The notes beneath the pieces are model-generated. The model ran no database searches, was not told the origin of the DNA, and was given only the letters and a program-made list of their open reading frames with translations. Below, piece by piece: positions 26,041 through 39,869 of a stretch of DNA of 64,000 nt. The stretch spans positions 1,246,941-1,310,940 of the forward strand of contig MU058844.1 in the NCBI GenBank assembly GCA_013265495.1, given 5' to 3'. The DNA is from Vicugna vicugna. Taxonomy: Eukaryota. Position numbers and translations under genes: made by a program. Numbering within the stretch: the stretch's first letter is position 1; every line of letters begins with the position of its first letter.

Positions 26041-27894
26041 CCTCCCGTGCCCAGTCAAATAAATGACTGCACTGAGATGGTCACTGAATTAAGCAGTTGT
26101 TTTGATTGAACTGGTATAATCAATTAAAATTCCTGCAACTAGGGTTTATTTATACTCATGAACAGACTTGAAGCTGATTAAGCATTTTGGATTCAGTTCT
26201 TTCTGGATTCCTTGGGCCATGCTGTCATCTGGCTCAACCTCAAAATAAAGAACCTCAGAACATTTTATTCCTTAAAAAATGCAATTAGACATGCCATGTA
26301 AAACGTATAGTCTTGTGTGATTATAGGAATTTTGCCATTATAACCTCTCGGCCAAAGATGATTTTATTATGTAGAATTGAATTGAAGTCATATAAATGGA
26401 AAACAGTATTTCTAAAACGCCAAGAAAGGACAACCACTGCAAAGAATGTGATAACATCTACATCACGTAAATGATGGGTTTCGACTAATACTTAAAGTTC
26501 TTTGAAACTCAGAATAATGGATCTCATGAAGGAAATAACCAGGATGACCTTAAAATTTCTCTAGCAAATCTCAGGGGAAAATGCACAGTTAACAAGCATG
26601 CTGGCAATCATCATAAAATATCTAACAGCTTTCTTTCAGTTGCAGGACAAAGGAATTTGTGTTAACAAAGATGGAAAATTGGATAAAAAGATTGATTTTT
26701 TTTCTGTAGCTCCTGGCCTGGTGTTTTAAAAGTCAAGAAGTACTTTTTTCATTCACGGCCATAGCAAGGTATAGTGGAATCAGTCATGAAATTGGTTAAA
26801 CAAAGGCATTTGTGAAAGCATGTAAAACTGATGCAAAGAAAGTTAAATCATCACCATGTTTGCCGTAAAAGTCTACTGCATCTCTACACATGTGTTTCAG
26901 TTACAGCCATGTTGACTGAGTTTTTGTTTAATAAGCTATTTTCCGCAGCGAGTTTATTCTTTGTTCCATGCCGAGTTCCTTTTAGGATTTCCATGTGACT
27001 TGCATTAGCATTTTTGGCTTCAAAACTACCTCTAATGAATCATTTGCAGTTTTTTTTAAGGGTGCTTAAAAAATTAGACTGTGACAGTTATCCAAAACAT
27101 AATTTGATATGCTGTTTAATTATTTAATATGCTATTTAAAAATTGAAGTGTGGCCTCTGGTTGGTTGATACAGTACCATTAAGGTGGATTTGATGCCCCT
27201 TCAAGAAGATAATTATCAGCCGAGTCCTTCATGGTCTGGACTTATAAATTAAGTTGTGTTCTAATAAAATGCTAATTCAAAAATGTCAACTTCAATGGTT
27301 TTAGAAGTGTATCTTTAAAATATTAATAAACACCTACATCTTTAAAAAAGTAATTACTAAGCTAAGGAAATTGAGTGAAATATTCTGTTAAAATGAAAGT
27401 AGTCTAATACATATAGTATTTCTTATTATATTTATATGTATTCACATTTATTTCCCATTTCCATATTCTCAAGAAAATACATGATTCTCTTCTACAAAAA
27501 TATTTGTCAACATACAATGGTTCAAATCTTTGCAATAATGGTGGGTCTTGAGACAAATCTTAGACATCATGACAAAACCTCACAACTCTCTTTACAGGAG
27601 AAAAATGAAAGTAATGGTTGGCTCTCTTTGCAGCTTGTTACCAAATTCTGCCTCTTTTTGCAAAAAAAAAAAAAATTTTTCATTTTTTTCCAAGCGTAAC
27701 ACAAATGGAAATGAAAATGGAAGTATAACGCAGCTTAGATAAATATCTTTTGAAGAGTATTCTGAAGACCTCTACATTAGAATCAGTTGTGGTTTAAAAT
27801 GCAAATTATTGGCTAGTCTCAGACCTATGGAATCAGAAGGTTCTCTAAAATCTGAAAACCGGTGATTGAGATGCTTAACAATTTCTTGTTTCAG

Positions 27895-28087
27895 AGAGTC
27901 TTCCCTAATCCTCAAAGCCAGATTTGTTACCCTTAACCATATTCTTCTTTCATTTCATTACCCTTAACACTGTAATCACTGCCTAGACAGCGGGGGCTGT
28001 GTCTTCTCTTCTGTATTCTCAAAGCTTAGCACAGTATTGACATATGATAAACCTTTAAGAAACTCTTTGTTGAATAAATGAGTGACT
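27895..28087 (+). mobile_element. L2 3' end
   Basis: 'ctgtattctcaaagcttagcacagtattgacatatg...tttgttgaataaatgagtga'. Confidence 0.75.
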
Positions 28088-29396
28088 AATTAGTATAACA
28101 TAGAACTATGGCCATGATGAAGCAGAATTCTTGATGATAATCCAATTTCCCAAGTCACAGACAAAAGTGATTTTAAATAGTTATCTCCTTCCATCTCCCA
28201 CCACTCATGCTACCACCACTCCAGAGAATAGTGTTCTTTTAACTATAATTTTCCAATCCACCACCTCTGAAACTGAACTGTCACCTCAGCAGTGATATTA
28301 AAGTATGTCTACAGCTTTGCAACAATTTTTAGCCAAGTCTTTTGCTAATTCAAATTTAGAACAGGAAATCTTCTGCACCCTTGGCATCAAAATCAAGAGT
28401 GCTCTTAAGAGAAGGAGTTTAAAATGCAAGATAAGAGAAGTTCCATGCAGTGAAGTGGTTGACTAAGAGTTAGGGAAATGGAAGAAGCCACAGACACTAG
28501 AAGCCTTGTATAATTCCTTGAGCTTAAGTCTGGAAATCAGGTCGAAAACTGTAGTTAGAGGGTTTTGAAAATTTTAGCCAAGCATTCAAGATTAAGGGGG
28601 GTACCTTATTTACTTGATTATTGGCTACAGTTTGTATTAAAAGCATCACCCCCTACAGAGAGCATGGAGGGCTGATCTGGGAAAACGACCCCAGTGTACC
28701 TGCCCTTACATTTATCTCATAAACCACACTTCTGGTTTAGAAAGAAGCCAAAAGAGGGAGCTGCCTAGAGCATTTCTTAATTTAAATGATATATTTAATA
28801 ATAATGTTCCAGGCTCAGAAGTCGCTAGAGCACAATTGTCTTGAAGTCAGTGGCTGCAGCCTCTTTACCTTTGCACCCTCGTACTCCTTCAAAAAATTCT
28901 TGCTCATAGCAGAAGCTCCTTGGTCAGTGTGTCTTGAATGTTGAATACAAACAGAAGGAGAACTCACAGAAGTCTAAGAATAGAGAATTTTAAGTAACTG
29001 GGCTTTCTATCATTGAAGTTTTGCTGTTGAGTATTATACTAAATTATAGACAAACCCTATTAATGCTAAAATATAGACTCAGATAGGTCATAAGAGGTAA
29101 ATACAGACAAGACCAGGCAGGAACTGAAGCCAGAGTGTGGAGTGGGAGCTTGGCCACTGGGAAGACAAGTACAGTTATTAAGACTAGAAACAAGCTGAGT
29201 TGATTCTGAGCAGCTGAGATAATGGCCTGAGGCCTCTTAAGGACTGGTTGAGTTGGAGATTTTCGAGTGGGATTTGAACACTTGGCCAAAGAAGGTTGGT
29301 AAGTGGTCAAGGGTACTCAGAGATTAGAGAAAGTTTCCACAAAAGTTTAGCTTATAGCAATATCCTCCTTTAGCACACTGATCAACAATTGCCAGG

Positions 29397-30395
29397 CAGG
29401 GCTAGATGCATGCATGTACATACAGCCTTGTGCAGCTAGAGGAGCTCCATTCCATGCTTGGTTTAATGCTCTGCTGTCACCGTCTTGAAATTCTAAAGAA
29501 TTTTATTTTAGAACTTGTGTTTGAAAGCAGGGTTCCATGGGGCAATGGAGCGTGCACATGAGCAGAGAGGGTATGCACAAAATGCATGTCTGTCATTCCT
29601 TGCCACCTTTTTTGCATATAGGGTTTGTGTTGCCCCGTGAGCACAGAACTCTGGTGGACCGATGATGTCGACAAGTTCAGCAAGACTGAAAGTGAATACA
29701 AGTAACATTTAAAACTGAGTAATCCAGAGGTGCTGACAGCCCCCAGAGTCTACACTTTCAATCTGAAGCAGAACGTCCTTTGAACAAAGAAAGAAGGCAA
29801 TGGAATCCTAAGAAGCATCAGCAGTCAGTTTTTACTCATGATATTCCCTTGTATTAGCCAAACACTTTCACTGAAAATGATGACTTAGAAGGTGAGGGAG
29901 AGATAGGGCAACATATAGTCCCTTCTCCTGTCAGTTCTTTACTCATTGATAAGCCAAAGGTAGACGGTGTTGGTAGAATGTATATTTATCAAGAAGGGAT
30001 ATAAAAGCAGGGCAGCATTTCCACTCTTCTGGTAAGAACAAAATACATATGAGCTATGAAAAATACATATGCATGTATGAGCTATGAAATATGAATTGTG
30101 CCATTTCAACAATTTTGCATATGCTCTTATATTTGCATTTAAAACTGACATTGCACAATAAAAAAATGAACAGTAAAATTCATGCAAATAATTTAAAATT
30201 TTAATATTTTTCTACCTAGAATGACATTAAATAAAAAATAAAAAACACCATTAAGTCAAGAGAAAAGCCACAGAAGAAAAAAAAAGTTTATCTTTTTAAT
30301 ACCTTTAATGGCATTTCCCTCCACCCTGCTTTTTCAAGGAGGAGTTGTGCATTTTTATTGTGCACTGGGCCCTGCACATTATATAGCTAACCTTG
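29397..30395. mobile_element. MER45B-like (hAT-Tip100), about 1 kb, both ends present
   Basis: 'cagggctag...gcttggtttaatgctctgctgtcaccgtcttgaaattct' and 'gcatttttattgtgcactgggccctgcacattatatagctaaccttg'. Confidence 0.85.
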
Positions 30396-30524
30396 CTGTC
30401 AGGCAAGTATTTCAAGAAGCATTGTCTTGGAAAATTCTGGAAAGGAGGAATGCACAGCAGGGAACTAAAGCCTGAAAGATTATCTAACCTCCTTCCCAGT
30501 CACAGAGCAATCAAACGACACTGT

Positions 30525-30690
30525 CAGGAACTCTGATCTGGGCTGGCCTTGTGAAAGCTGCCTAACCTTTCTGAGCCTCAGTTTTCCCATAGTAACATGT
30601 ATGGGTGCTGAGAGGGATAGACATAACTCATGAAAAGTGTCTACTACAAAATAAGCTCTTAATATATGATAGCTGTTAACACTGCTATAA
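30525..30690 (+). mobile_element. MIR
   Basis: 'cctaacctttctgagcctcagttttcccatagtaacatg'. Confidence 0.75.
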
Positions 30691-31184
30691 TTAAAGGTTC
30701 TGTTATTTCTAGGACACATAGGATTACCCTTACATTTGGCAGATTAGGAATTGCTTTTGTGAAAGGATTTGAAGACATCCTGATTTCCTCCTGATGCCTA
30801 AAATCCCCCAAGCAATCCACTCCTGATTATTCTAATTTTCCTTTCCACAGGGCTACCCATAAAAGGTATAATACAAATCCTGAGCATCTCAGTGTGAAAG
30901 TAACAGCAGATAGAGGCCATCTCTGCAAGAGCGATGGACACCTGGAGCGTTGGGTGGAAGGTATTTCTGAAAGGGACAAGTGCCCAAGAAGGAAATCATG
31001 AGGGGAGAGTACAAGGAAGTACAAAAACAAATTCCACCTTCTTGGAAGCTACAAGTTAGGCTTGTGATCATCAAAGTGGACACATTTGGGTAAGTCGAAT
31101 ATCTTACAACCCATCGGTCTCAATTTTCAAACAAAATAATGGGTTGATTATTGTGAAAATACCTTCACAATCTAAGATTTGAAA

Positions 31185-31390
31185 ATTCAACAGGCATTCA
31201 TCTGAGGCTTCTTCTATATGTGATACAGTGCTAGGCACTCTCGAAGATACAAAAAGGAATAAGGAAAGATCCCTGCCGCCAAGGAGGTCACAGTTTGGAA
31301 GAAAGGATTAGATCTGCCATGCTTAATACAGGAAAGAATAAGTGCCTCAGGAAAAATAGGGATTGAGATACAGAGCAAAGAGCAGCCATC
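31185..31390 (-). mobile_element. L2 3' end
   Basis: 'attcaacaggcattcatctgaggcttcttctatatgtgatacagtgctaggcact...atccctgccgccaaggaggtcacagt'. Confidence 0.75.
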
Positions 31391-31479
31391 TCTGTATTTT
31401 GAGCTGATGTGTGTCTTTCTCTCTACCCTTGCTGTCTCATGCTAACCTACATGAACTTATTTGTTCTACATACTGATTA

Positions 31480-31690
31480 TAAGAACCACATTTTTTTGCC
31501 CATACACTGTGTCAAACATTGTGTCAAAAACCTTCACCTATGTCACAATTAATTCGTGTAAATACTGCTAGGATGAAAAAATGAACTAATAGAAGCGAAG
31601 GACTTATTCAAGGTCACACAGCCAATGAGTATCAGAGTCAGGATTCAAACCCAGGTTAATCTGACTCCATAACCCAATCTCTTTCCATTT
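31480..31690 (-). mobile_element. MIR
   Basis: 'gacttattcaaggtcacacagccaatgagtatcagagtcaggattcaaacccagg...tctgactcca'. Confidence 0.85.
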
Positions 31691-31724
31691 TGTTTCCACC
31701 AGTGCCTACCTGAGGTTCCCCGAA

Positions 31725-32075
31725 GAGACCATGCAATTATGTTCCTCCATACTTTTGTGTCTGCTATTTTTCTATGTGGACTGACTTTAATCCCTTGTCT
31801 CCAGAATAATCTGTACATATTAAAAACCCAGCTCAGCTATTAAACTCTTTTTCCCACCCTTTTTCCCTTTAAAAGATTAATAACTCCCTAGTTTATGCTT
31901 CCAAGTAGCTCCTATATGTGCTGTTATATTATTTATTATGTTAATAGAGGAATAATTTATTTATAGATTTGTCATCCCCTTCAGACAGGAAGCTCCTTGA
32001 GAGGTGCTCTGTATTTTTTCTGTGTTTTTCTATTTAGCACGTGGTAGGTACTCAACAGTTTTTTGCTGAAACACA
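31725..32075 (+). mobile_element. L2 3' portion
   Basis: 'agacaggaagctccttgagagg...tttagcacgtggtaggtactcaacagttttttgctgaa'. Confidence 0.7.
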
Positions 32076-32124
32076 TTGACTTGGATATTCAGTTAAGGGA
32101 ATTAGTATTGGGAATTAGAATTAG

Positions 32125-32327
32125 TATTTTTTGTAAAAGACCCAAAAATAAATATTTCTGGCTTTGCAAGCCTGTTGCAATTACTCCCCACTGTTGTTTC
32201 AGTGCAAAAACAGTGATACAAAATATACTTAAATGAATGAGTATGATTGTGTTCCAGTAAGACCTTATCTACAAAAACAGTCTGGTAGGTCAGAGTTGGC
32301 CCTCAAGCTGTAGTTTGCCAACCCCTG
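32125..32327. mobile_element. MER58A
   Basis: 'taaatgaatgagtatgattgtgttccagtaagaccttatctacaaaaacag...ctgtagtttgccaacccctg'. Confidence 0.85.
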
Positions 32328-32359
32328 ATGTATAGTATGTCAACAGGCTAATATTAAGA

Positions 32360-32920
32360 GTGGGAATGGAGAAGGCCTTCCAAGCAGAAGAAACAGTATG
32401 TGCAAATGCCCTGTGGCAGTATGTGATCAGGGGAAAACACAAATGAGTAGAGCTGGTTTATGGTGTACAAAGAAGGAGGTCATAATAGATACATCTGGAA
32501 ACATGGGGCAAGAGTATGAAGGGCCTTAAAAGCTAGAGTAAGAGTCTGTTCTAAATCCAGTAGATATGGGAATGCCATTGAAGTTTTTTAGCAAACTGAT
32601 GACCTGCAGTGACTGTACACCAGAAATTAAGCTGCCCACACATATACCACAGGCACACAGATCAAGAGATTTGTCAAATAACCCAAGCAATGGAATAGAA
32701 ATGGTAAAAATGGAAAAACATGGGCAAACATGAGAGTGGCAGAGGCAGAGGCAGCAGGAACTGACAATTGAACATCAGCATGGGCAGAACAAAAGATGAC
32801 ACTGACTTTTCTAGCCTGGTTTCTGGGAACATGGCAGACTCAATAATAAAATCAGAAAAGGCAAGAGGAGGGACTGACTTCAGAAAAAAAATAATAAATT
32901 TGTTTCAGACATGTTAAGCC
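32360..32920 (-). mobile_element. L2 internal fragment
   Basis: 'ccttccaagcagaagaaacagtatgtgcaaatgccctgtggcag...atgggaatgccattgaagttttttagca'. Confidence 0.7.
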
Positions 32921-33605
32921 TGATTTTAATACTTGTTTTGCCTGGTCAAAGCCCAAGTTTAAATACTGTGACTTATAACAGCATTCCTTCCCAAAACTGG
33001 ATTAAAATGTTTCTGCCATTTGGCAGGGAAAATACTTTTAAGTTCCTTTCCAAAATATACCTTTCCATGATGTTTGATCTCTTTTTGAGTTTTATTTTAA
33101 GCTCCACTTGTCCTAACAACTAAAGAATACTTAGGAAGTATTCTCTCTTTCCTGAGTCTTTTCATTTTCCGGTCATGTGCTGTGCAATTCTCACCCTTCA
33201 CTTTAGGTTCACATTTTCTCCATAAAATAGGATAAATGGTCAGTGCAGGGGACTTGGGTCTTTCCTTATCAACTATGATTATTATTATTGAGATGAGCAG
33301 AATCAGGGTACAGTCCAACGATAAGAACACAAAAATTGTCAAGCTAGAGAGACAATTGAAATTGAAGTCCAATCATAAGAAATATCCTGAAGGAAAGTTG
33401 ATGTGTCATGTAGAAATTGAGGTCAGAAACTTGCAAGTTCTGAGTCAAGTTGCCAAATCTTGGTAAGGAACACCTGAGAGCAGAGTCAGAATGACTAAGT
33501 CACACATTTGAGATTCATATACAGAAAGAAATGAGGTGAGGTTGAAGATGCAGAGGAGCAGCAGAAGGGAGAGTGTTTGGGTTGAGTGTCTGAGTGAAGG
33601 GAAAG

Positions 33606-33858
33606 TTGTCCAAACCCATAGAATATATAACACAAAGAGTGAACCCTAACGTAAACTAGGGTCTTAGGGTGATAGTGATGTACCAAAGTAGGTTCATCAG
33701 TTGTAACAAATGTGCCATTGTAGTGGGGGATGTTGCTGATGGGGGAGGCCATGCATGTGTGGGGACAGAGGGCATATGGGGAATCTCTGAACCTTCCTCT
33801 CAGTTTTGCTGTGAACCTAAAACTGCTCTAAAAATAACAGTCAATAAATTTTTTAAAA
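33606..33858 (+). mobile_element. L1MC1-like 3' end
   Basis: 'tgtccaaacccatagaatatataacacaaagagtgaaccctaacgtaaacta...ttttgctgtgaacctaaaactgctctaaaaat'. Confidence 0.88.
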
Positions 33859-33954
33859 ATTCATATTTACTAAAAGAACAACAAGAACATAGATCCTAAA
33901 AAAAGACAATCAAATCAAAATTTACGAGAAAAACTTGCAAATAAAAATTGTACC

Positions 33955-34162
33955 ACAATCTGAACAAAGTCTGTAGTTTAGCTATTAGGATTACACCGAA
34001 GATAATTTCCTAGTTCTGACAAATGTAGTGTGGTTATGTAAGATGTCAACATTAGAAGAAGCCAAATGAAGAGTAGGCAGGAGCTCTCTGTTTCTAGCTT
34101 TGCAACTTCTCTGTAAAATCTAAAATAATTTCAAAATAAAAAGGCAAAAAATTAAAAAAAAA
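33955..34162 (+). mobile_element. Old L1M 3' end
   Basis: 'tggttatgtaagatgtcaacattagaagaagc...tttgcaacttctctgtaaaatctaaaataatttcaaaataaa'. Confidence 0.8.
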
Positions 34163-34294
34163 TCTCCACATAGCTTCCTGGTTGTACAATTTACCGAGTT
34201 AAAAGATTAGTCATTGCTTAGGATGGCTTTTCTTCCAAAACCTCTTCCTGCATTAAGTCAAATATGTCAGTGGCTCAGGGCACATTTGTAGAAA

Positions 34295-34490
34295 CTGATG
34301 GCTCTTGGTTCTAAGCCTGGCTCTGTTATCTACTAGCTGTGTGACTTGCAGTAAGGTTTACTTAACTTCTGTAAGTCTCTATTTATTTTACCTATAACGT
34401 GAGTACACTAATACTTGCCTATTACAAAATAATCCAGAGTGCTTTACACTTTGCCTAACACATGGGTAGCGTTCGGTGGATGTGACAGTA
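34295..34490 (+). mobile_element. MIR
   Basis: 'ggttctaagcctggctctgttatctactagctgtgtgacttg...ttacttaacttctgtaagtctc'. Confidence 0.8.
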
Positions 34491-35349
34491 GTATTGACTG
34501 GTATCTGTATATCATGTGTGTGTGTCAAAATTTAACCACTGCACAGGAAGAGCTGACTATGCTGCAGTCAGCGTGTCCCATCACTGCCCAAAATGAAATG
34601 CTAGACTTGTTTTGCTGTGCTTTGGGTCCACAAACAGAAGACGCATTCCAGCCTTCTCTCGGAAATAAGATTTTCAACTCAGCCACTCTTTTATATTAAA
34701 GTAAGCACCGTGACCAGATGGTCTCTGTTCTGGAGTTCCAGAATGACATTAAAAATGAGTGGGCAGAGGGATTTTATTAGTCATTTGTTGGCTTCACAGC
34801 AGCCATTTCCATGAAATTATAGGACAATGACAAAATTAAAGCAGCTTATGCTGGCCTTTGGAAAGCTGGTCTCTGTGTCTGCAAATACTCATGGGTCAGG
34901 AATGTAGAACAGGGGCAATAAATTGAAGAATTACTGCCTGACGATCCCAGGTCCTTTTGGCTGAGAAGACCTCTCCGGAGCTAGGCCCTGAGGAAAATAG
35001 GCTAACGACAGGAAATACTGCCTTGCTGAAGAAGGCCTGTAGCACCTCAGCTTTCTCGTTAGCATTACACCACCAGGGGAAGGGAAGGCCCTTGTAATGG
35101 GCTGTTGGAAACTGCCCATGAACTGGATCTAATAGGTGAAGAGAAACTGGCATCAAACCTGGGACTTTAAGCCAATGCATCCAGGCAGAGGCTTCTGTTC
35201 AAGTCTTCCCTGGCCGGCCAGTCCCCTGCTTACACTTCTTCACCTTGGACCCTTCCACCTCTCTGTCCTCCCACTCCTCTGTGGAGCTGCCTTCTCACTT
35301 CCCACTCGCATCCTCCAGCCCAGTCCTCAGCTCAGAGTCTCAGAAGCTA

Positions 35350-35620
35350 GTGACAGATATTGTGGAACACATAAACGTGGAGCTCAGAGACTCAAGACCT
35401 GAGCTCTGGTAACTCCACCACTTGCTTATGTGAGAAACAGACTGATCATCTCCTACGGTTTCAGTTTTCTCACACTGAATAGATTTCTTTGCGTTAAAAA
35501 CAACAACAAATTCCTTACTTGGTCTAAAATTTCCACATGGGATTGTTGTGAGGTTTAAATCAAACATATATTATAAGTGTCTAGTGCCGTGTAGGCACTA
35601 GATCGACATTAATTACCTTC
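35350..35620 (+). mobile_element. MIR
   Basis: 'ctccaccacttgcttatgtga...tttcagttttctcacactgaa...ggattgttgtgaggtttaaat'. Confidence 0.75.
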
Positions 35621-36414
35621 CCCTTGTTGTCCATTGGAGAACTTGAGGAAAATGTCCAGGGATTAGTAGTATAATTTCCACTGTCATTGGCCTAAATTTT
35701 GGCCTTGCTCATAGTGCAATGAAAAGTAAAATGTCTTAGAAATTCCAAGAAACATTGCTTTTGAGATTTTAAAAGCTGCGAGAATATCAAACGAATTGTC
35801 TGCTCTCACTGAGCTCAGATTTCTCTGACAGCAACTGATTTTGTTACACCAAGGATACATAGGAAGTAATTAGTTAATTGGATGACCTTCCTTCACCTAT
35901 GTGATATTTGCTTTAATAAATTTGCCTACTCTTTCGACATGTATGTTTACTGTAAACCCATTGAGAAGAGAATAATGAAAGCCTCTTGGTCTAGATCTTG
36001 TGTCCCTTAAAAAGCTTTTATAAATATCTTCAAGAAATGCACCCTCTTTTCCCAAAGGAAAACCTAGAGGTGACTGGAATCCACTTCTCCGAAGTATTAC
36101 CCATTTCTTTAGCAGCAACTAGAATTTCTAAAAGCAAAAGAAGGTCTTTTGTGTTTTTTGGAGAATGACAGGGAAAGAGAAACTATTTACAGGTGACTGA
36201 AAGGTCGTATTAACTTTTCAGATTGCCTTTCCTTTAAAATCTCACTTTTGGTACTTAAATGCCTTTGATTCCAAAGCAGACAAGGGTCAGTCAGCTGCTG
36301 TGTTTCAACCTGAACAGCATGTCAGTGGCATCAGAGTCACTGTCATTTTTTGTGTGATAATTTTAGCATGGAGCTCCTATCTGCACACTTCAAATTTCTG
36401 AAATCAGTAACAGT

Positions 36415-36542
36415 TGATCGAATGTTAACAAGACTTGTGGTGATCATTTTGCAATGTTTACAAATAACATTACAAATAACATTTTATACAGCTGAAAATA
36501 ATATAATGTTGTATGTCAATTATACTTCAATTTTTAAAAATT
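36415..36542 (+). mobile_element. Short L1MA/MB 3' tail
   Basis: 'tgtggtgatcattttgcaatgtttacaaata...ctgaaaataatataatgttgtatgtcaattatacttcaat'. Confidence 0.8.
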
Positions 36543-36787
36543 GTAGTATTTTCCCCCCTACACTATATTGTTTTCTGGTCTCTACTCAACTTATAGAGTA
36601 AATTACATTTTATTGTGCTTATTTAAAAATTTTTACATGACATTAAAAACAAATGAGAGGGCTGGTAAAGAAGTGTAGAAGGTAAGAGTTAAATTTGGCA
36701 TGTGGTAAAAAGGAAATTGTTTTGGGATGAAAAGGAGGAAGAATAGAAATCCATAAAAGCAAAGTAGAAGAAATAATTATGACACCA

Positions 36788-37015
36788 GGGAGGCAGTACT
36801 GTATAGTGGTTAGGAGCAGAGATGCTCTAGATTCTCAACGCAGAGCTACCCATGTTAGCTGTGTGATTTTATGACAATTACTTAACTCTCTCTGTCTTTA
36901 TTTTCTTATCTATACTAGAGATGGTGGGCTAGTGGTATCTGTCTAATAAAGTTGCTAAAAGAATTAAATGGGTTAGTGCCTATCACATAATAGGTACTAT
37001 ATAAATCTTTGTTGA
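36788..37015 (+). mobile_element. MIR
   Basis: 'ggaggcagtactgtatagtggttaggagcaga...tagctgtgtgattt...ttacttaactctc'. Confidence 0.85.
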
Positions 37016-37034
37016 ACGAAGAAGTAATAATGGC

Positions 37035-38755
37035 ATCGTATATACATGACATAATGCATTTGTCAAAACCCATGGAAATTTACAGCACGAAGAATGAACC
37101 TTAATGTATGCAAATTTTTAGAAGATTATTTAGAAGTTTGGATGGAATGCAGAGCATGAGAAAACAATCTAGCTATATGACAAACATATGAAACAAGCTC
37201 ACTGAAGGGGGCAGGAGGGATACCAAACTAAGTAACTTTGGAAATGAGTGGAGTCTATAGGACTACAGGCAAAAGAAACTGTACATAAGGACTGTACTCT
37301 GGATAATAGAGTTAGATGTTGGTTAGAAACTCTGATAACACTATATATGTACACAGGAACGGACCAATTAAATACATGCATGGCAGGTGTTGGGAGCCAG
37401 ATTTCTCACTGTTGGAGTAGGAGGTTATAGGGTAGCAAGGGGAGGAGGCAAGAATGATCTATGAGGAATGGACTAGAGCTGAAGACATCAGTATGAACTC
37501 ATGTTTAGCTTAATTCAGCTATAGATAGTTACATAGAGAAATATAATATGTGCACCTTCATGAACTAGTTTACACATAAAAATTTTCTTACTCTTCTCAG
37601 CTAAGAGCACCAACATTCAGTAGCAATGAGCACACCTAGTAGCACCCAAATCTTGGTTTCTAATATCATTATCCTGTAAAAGGAACCAGGTTTCCTTGGA
37701 GAAATGGCTGATTCTAGAACTGAAGCAGAAAATATACAATCTGAGCCTGGAGCATTTTGTAGTGCTAGGAAGCAAGGAAGTAAGGAAGTATCCAAACAAA
37801 CAAACAAAAAAACCCCAAATCCTCCCACAACCAAAAATAACCCTACATCAATGAGAGTATGCCAAAGAGACACTGAAAGAGCTGCCAATGACCAAAGCTG
37901 GAATAATATGAGCAATAAAATAAAGCAGTTATTGAATCATAACTCAAAATATAAAATAAATTTCCATGAGTCCTTATTGATATAAAGAATTGAGTAAACA
38001 AATAAAATAAATGGCCAGTGAGGAGGAGAGGAAGGAAATAGACAAACCTCCCAGGCAGATTTCCCAATAACTTATGTAGATAGCCCACCCTCAAGGAAGT
38101 GGAACACACTTCCCAACCTCTTAAGTGTAGGCTGTGCATAATGACTTCTTTCCAATGAGTACAGCTTGGAAAGGTGGGGTGTGTAGAGAGGAAAGAGTAA
38201 CTTTACAGTAGGAAAAAACGGGCAAATGTTACCCTAACTAGGTAACCAAGGATAACATCAACAGTGAGAAGTCATGTTGATAGCAGGTACTCTTGATAGA
38301 TGTGATGAAAATAGCACTTTTCCTCCCCAAAACACATAATCCCAGTATAATCTCGAGAAAAACATCAGACACATCCTAAATGAGGGGCATCCTACAAAAT
38401 ATCTGAGCAGTACTCCCCCAAACTGTCAAGGTCGTCAAAAGTTAGAGTCTCAGGAACAGTCATAGCCAAGCAGAACCTAATGAGACATGACTAGTAGATT
38501 TAATGTGATATCCTGGATGGAATCCAGGAACAGAAAAAGATCATTAGGTAAAAAGTAAGAAAATCTGACTGAAGTAATGACCTTAAATAATAATAGTGTA
38601 TCAACATTGGTGCATTAATTGCAACAAATGTACCATACAAATGTAAGATGCTACTAGGGAAAACTGAAGGTCGGGTGTATCGGAACTCTGTACTATCTTC
38701 ATAATTTTTCTATAACTCTAAAATTGTTATAAAATTAAAAGTTTACTAAAAAACA
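37035..38755 (+). mobile_element. L1MC3-like 3' UTR, about 1.7 kb
   Basis: 'catgacataatgcatttgtcaaaacccatggaa...ggatggaatgcaga', 'tagcaatgagcacacctagtagcacccaaatcttggtttctaata', and the end 'ggaactctgtactatcttcataatttttctataactctaaaattgttataaaattaaaagttt'. Confidence 0.88.
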
Positions 38756-39869
38756 TAATAAATGGTTAAAATTTATGAAGCACTCATTGTATGGTAGACA
38801 CTTCTTATGCATAACTTTATAACCCCAAAATAACTGGTAACAGAAAAATGCCATTTATAATGAATCAACCAAAAATAGGGTTTTAAATTTCATAATGAGT
38901 AGTGAAAAAAATAAGTTTGACTGAATGTCCATTTTGAAAAAGAAAACTAAAATTGTGAGACTAACTTTATTAAAATATACATTTAAAAAATTATATTATG
39001 CATGTATATTTGTATGGGAGTTCTTAGAATTAACAAGGAGCAAATCAGTTTGGGTTTGTTTTAGTATAATTTTGCAACCAAAATACATAATGTCATGAAA
39101 TGACACCTTTTTCTTTGTTGCATAATCTTTAAGATGTTTTTACAAAAATATGTATTATGACTTGCTTAATTTTCCCAATATTTCTCTTAATTCTCTGATG
39201 TCCAGATCATTCTCCTCTGAAGAAACTATCCTGTTATCATCCTTGTTCCCCATCAAGTCCAGCCAAATCCTCCCACTTAGTGTTATTCTTTCTTGCCTTT
39301 AACATCCAGGATTTTTTTTCCCCTACTTCTCTGATAACCTTCATTTCATTCTGTTGGGTATTAGAATTAGTTGTTGAAGTACCTTTCCTTCACCAGAAAA
39401 TAATACTAAGAACTGCAACAGTGTAACAATGTCTAAGTAAAGTTAACGTCTTCTGCACACCTAAAATGCCTTATGTTCAGTCAACCTCAGTTTCCCCATT
39501 TATAAACTAGAGGAGAACAACAAAACCTGAAATTCTGACTTCATAGGATTCTTGTGAGAACTCACAAGACTGATCTTCTCCCCTGGCAGGGCCATGAGGC
39601 CACTGGCACTTTCCTGACCTTTCCTGTGAATGCCAATCCTCTGCTTCTTTAGTTACAACAGGGAGCATTTTGAACTTTATCTCTTCCCAATGGAGCAAGT
39701 TTGTCAGTACATTTCACCCTGCGTGGTAACTTCAGCCTATTGACCTCTGACCTCTGAAGTACAGCATCAAGAACAATTCTGAAGCGATGTTCAGGGCCAG
39801 TGGGAGAGACTGCCATGATGGGCTAGAAATGTCTGTTATGACTTTAGGACTGGGAACTGATGATACATA

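Noticed and set aside
35580..35602. Perfect 9-bp hairpin tctagtgcc-gtgta-ggcactaga
   Set aside because: It lies in the MIR tail, which already contains gtgcc/ggcac. It is too short to imply function.
7538..36484. Small tandem duplications at about 7538-7570, 15001-15033, 30040-30090, 32097-32128 and 36458-36484
   Set aside because: These are ordinary 10-25 bp slippage duplications, mostly inside repeats. There is no repeat-spacer array, so nothing CRISPR-like.
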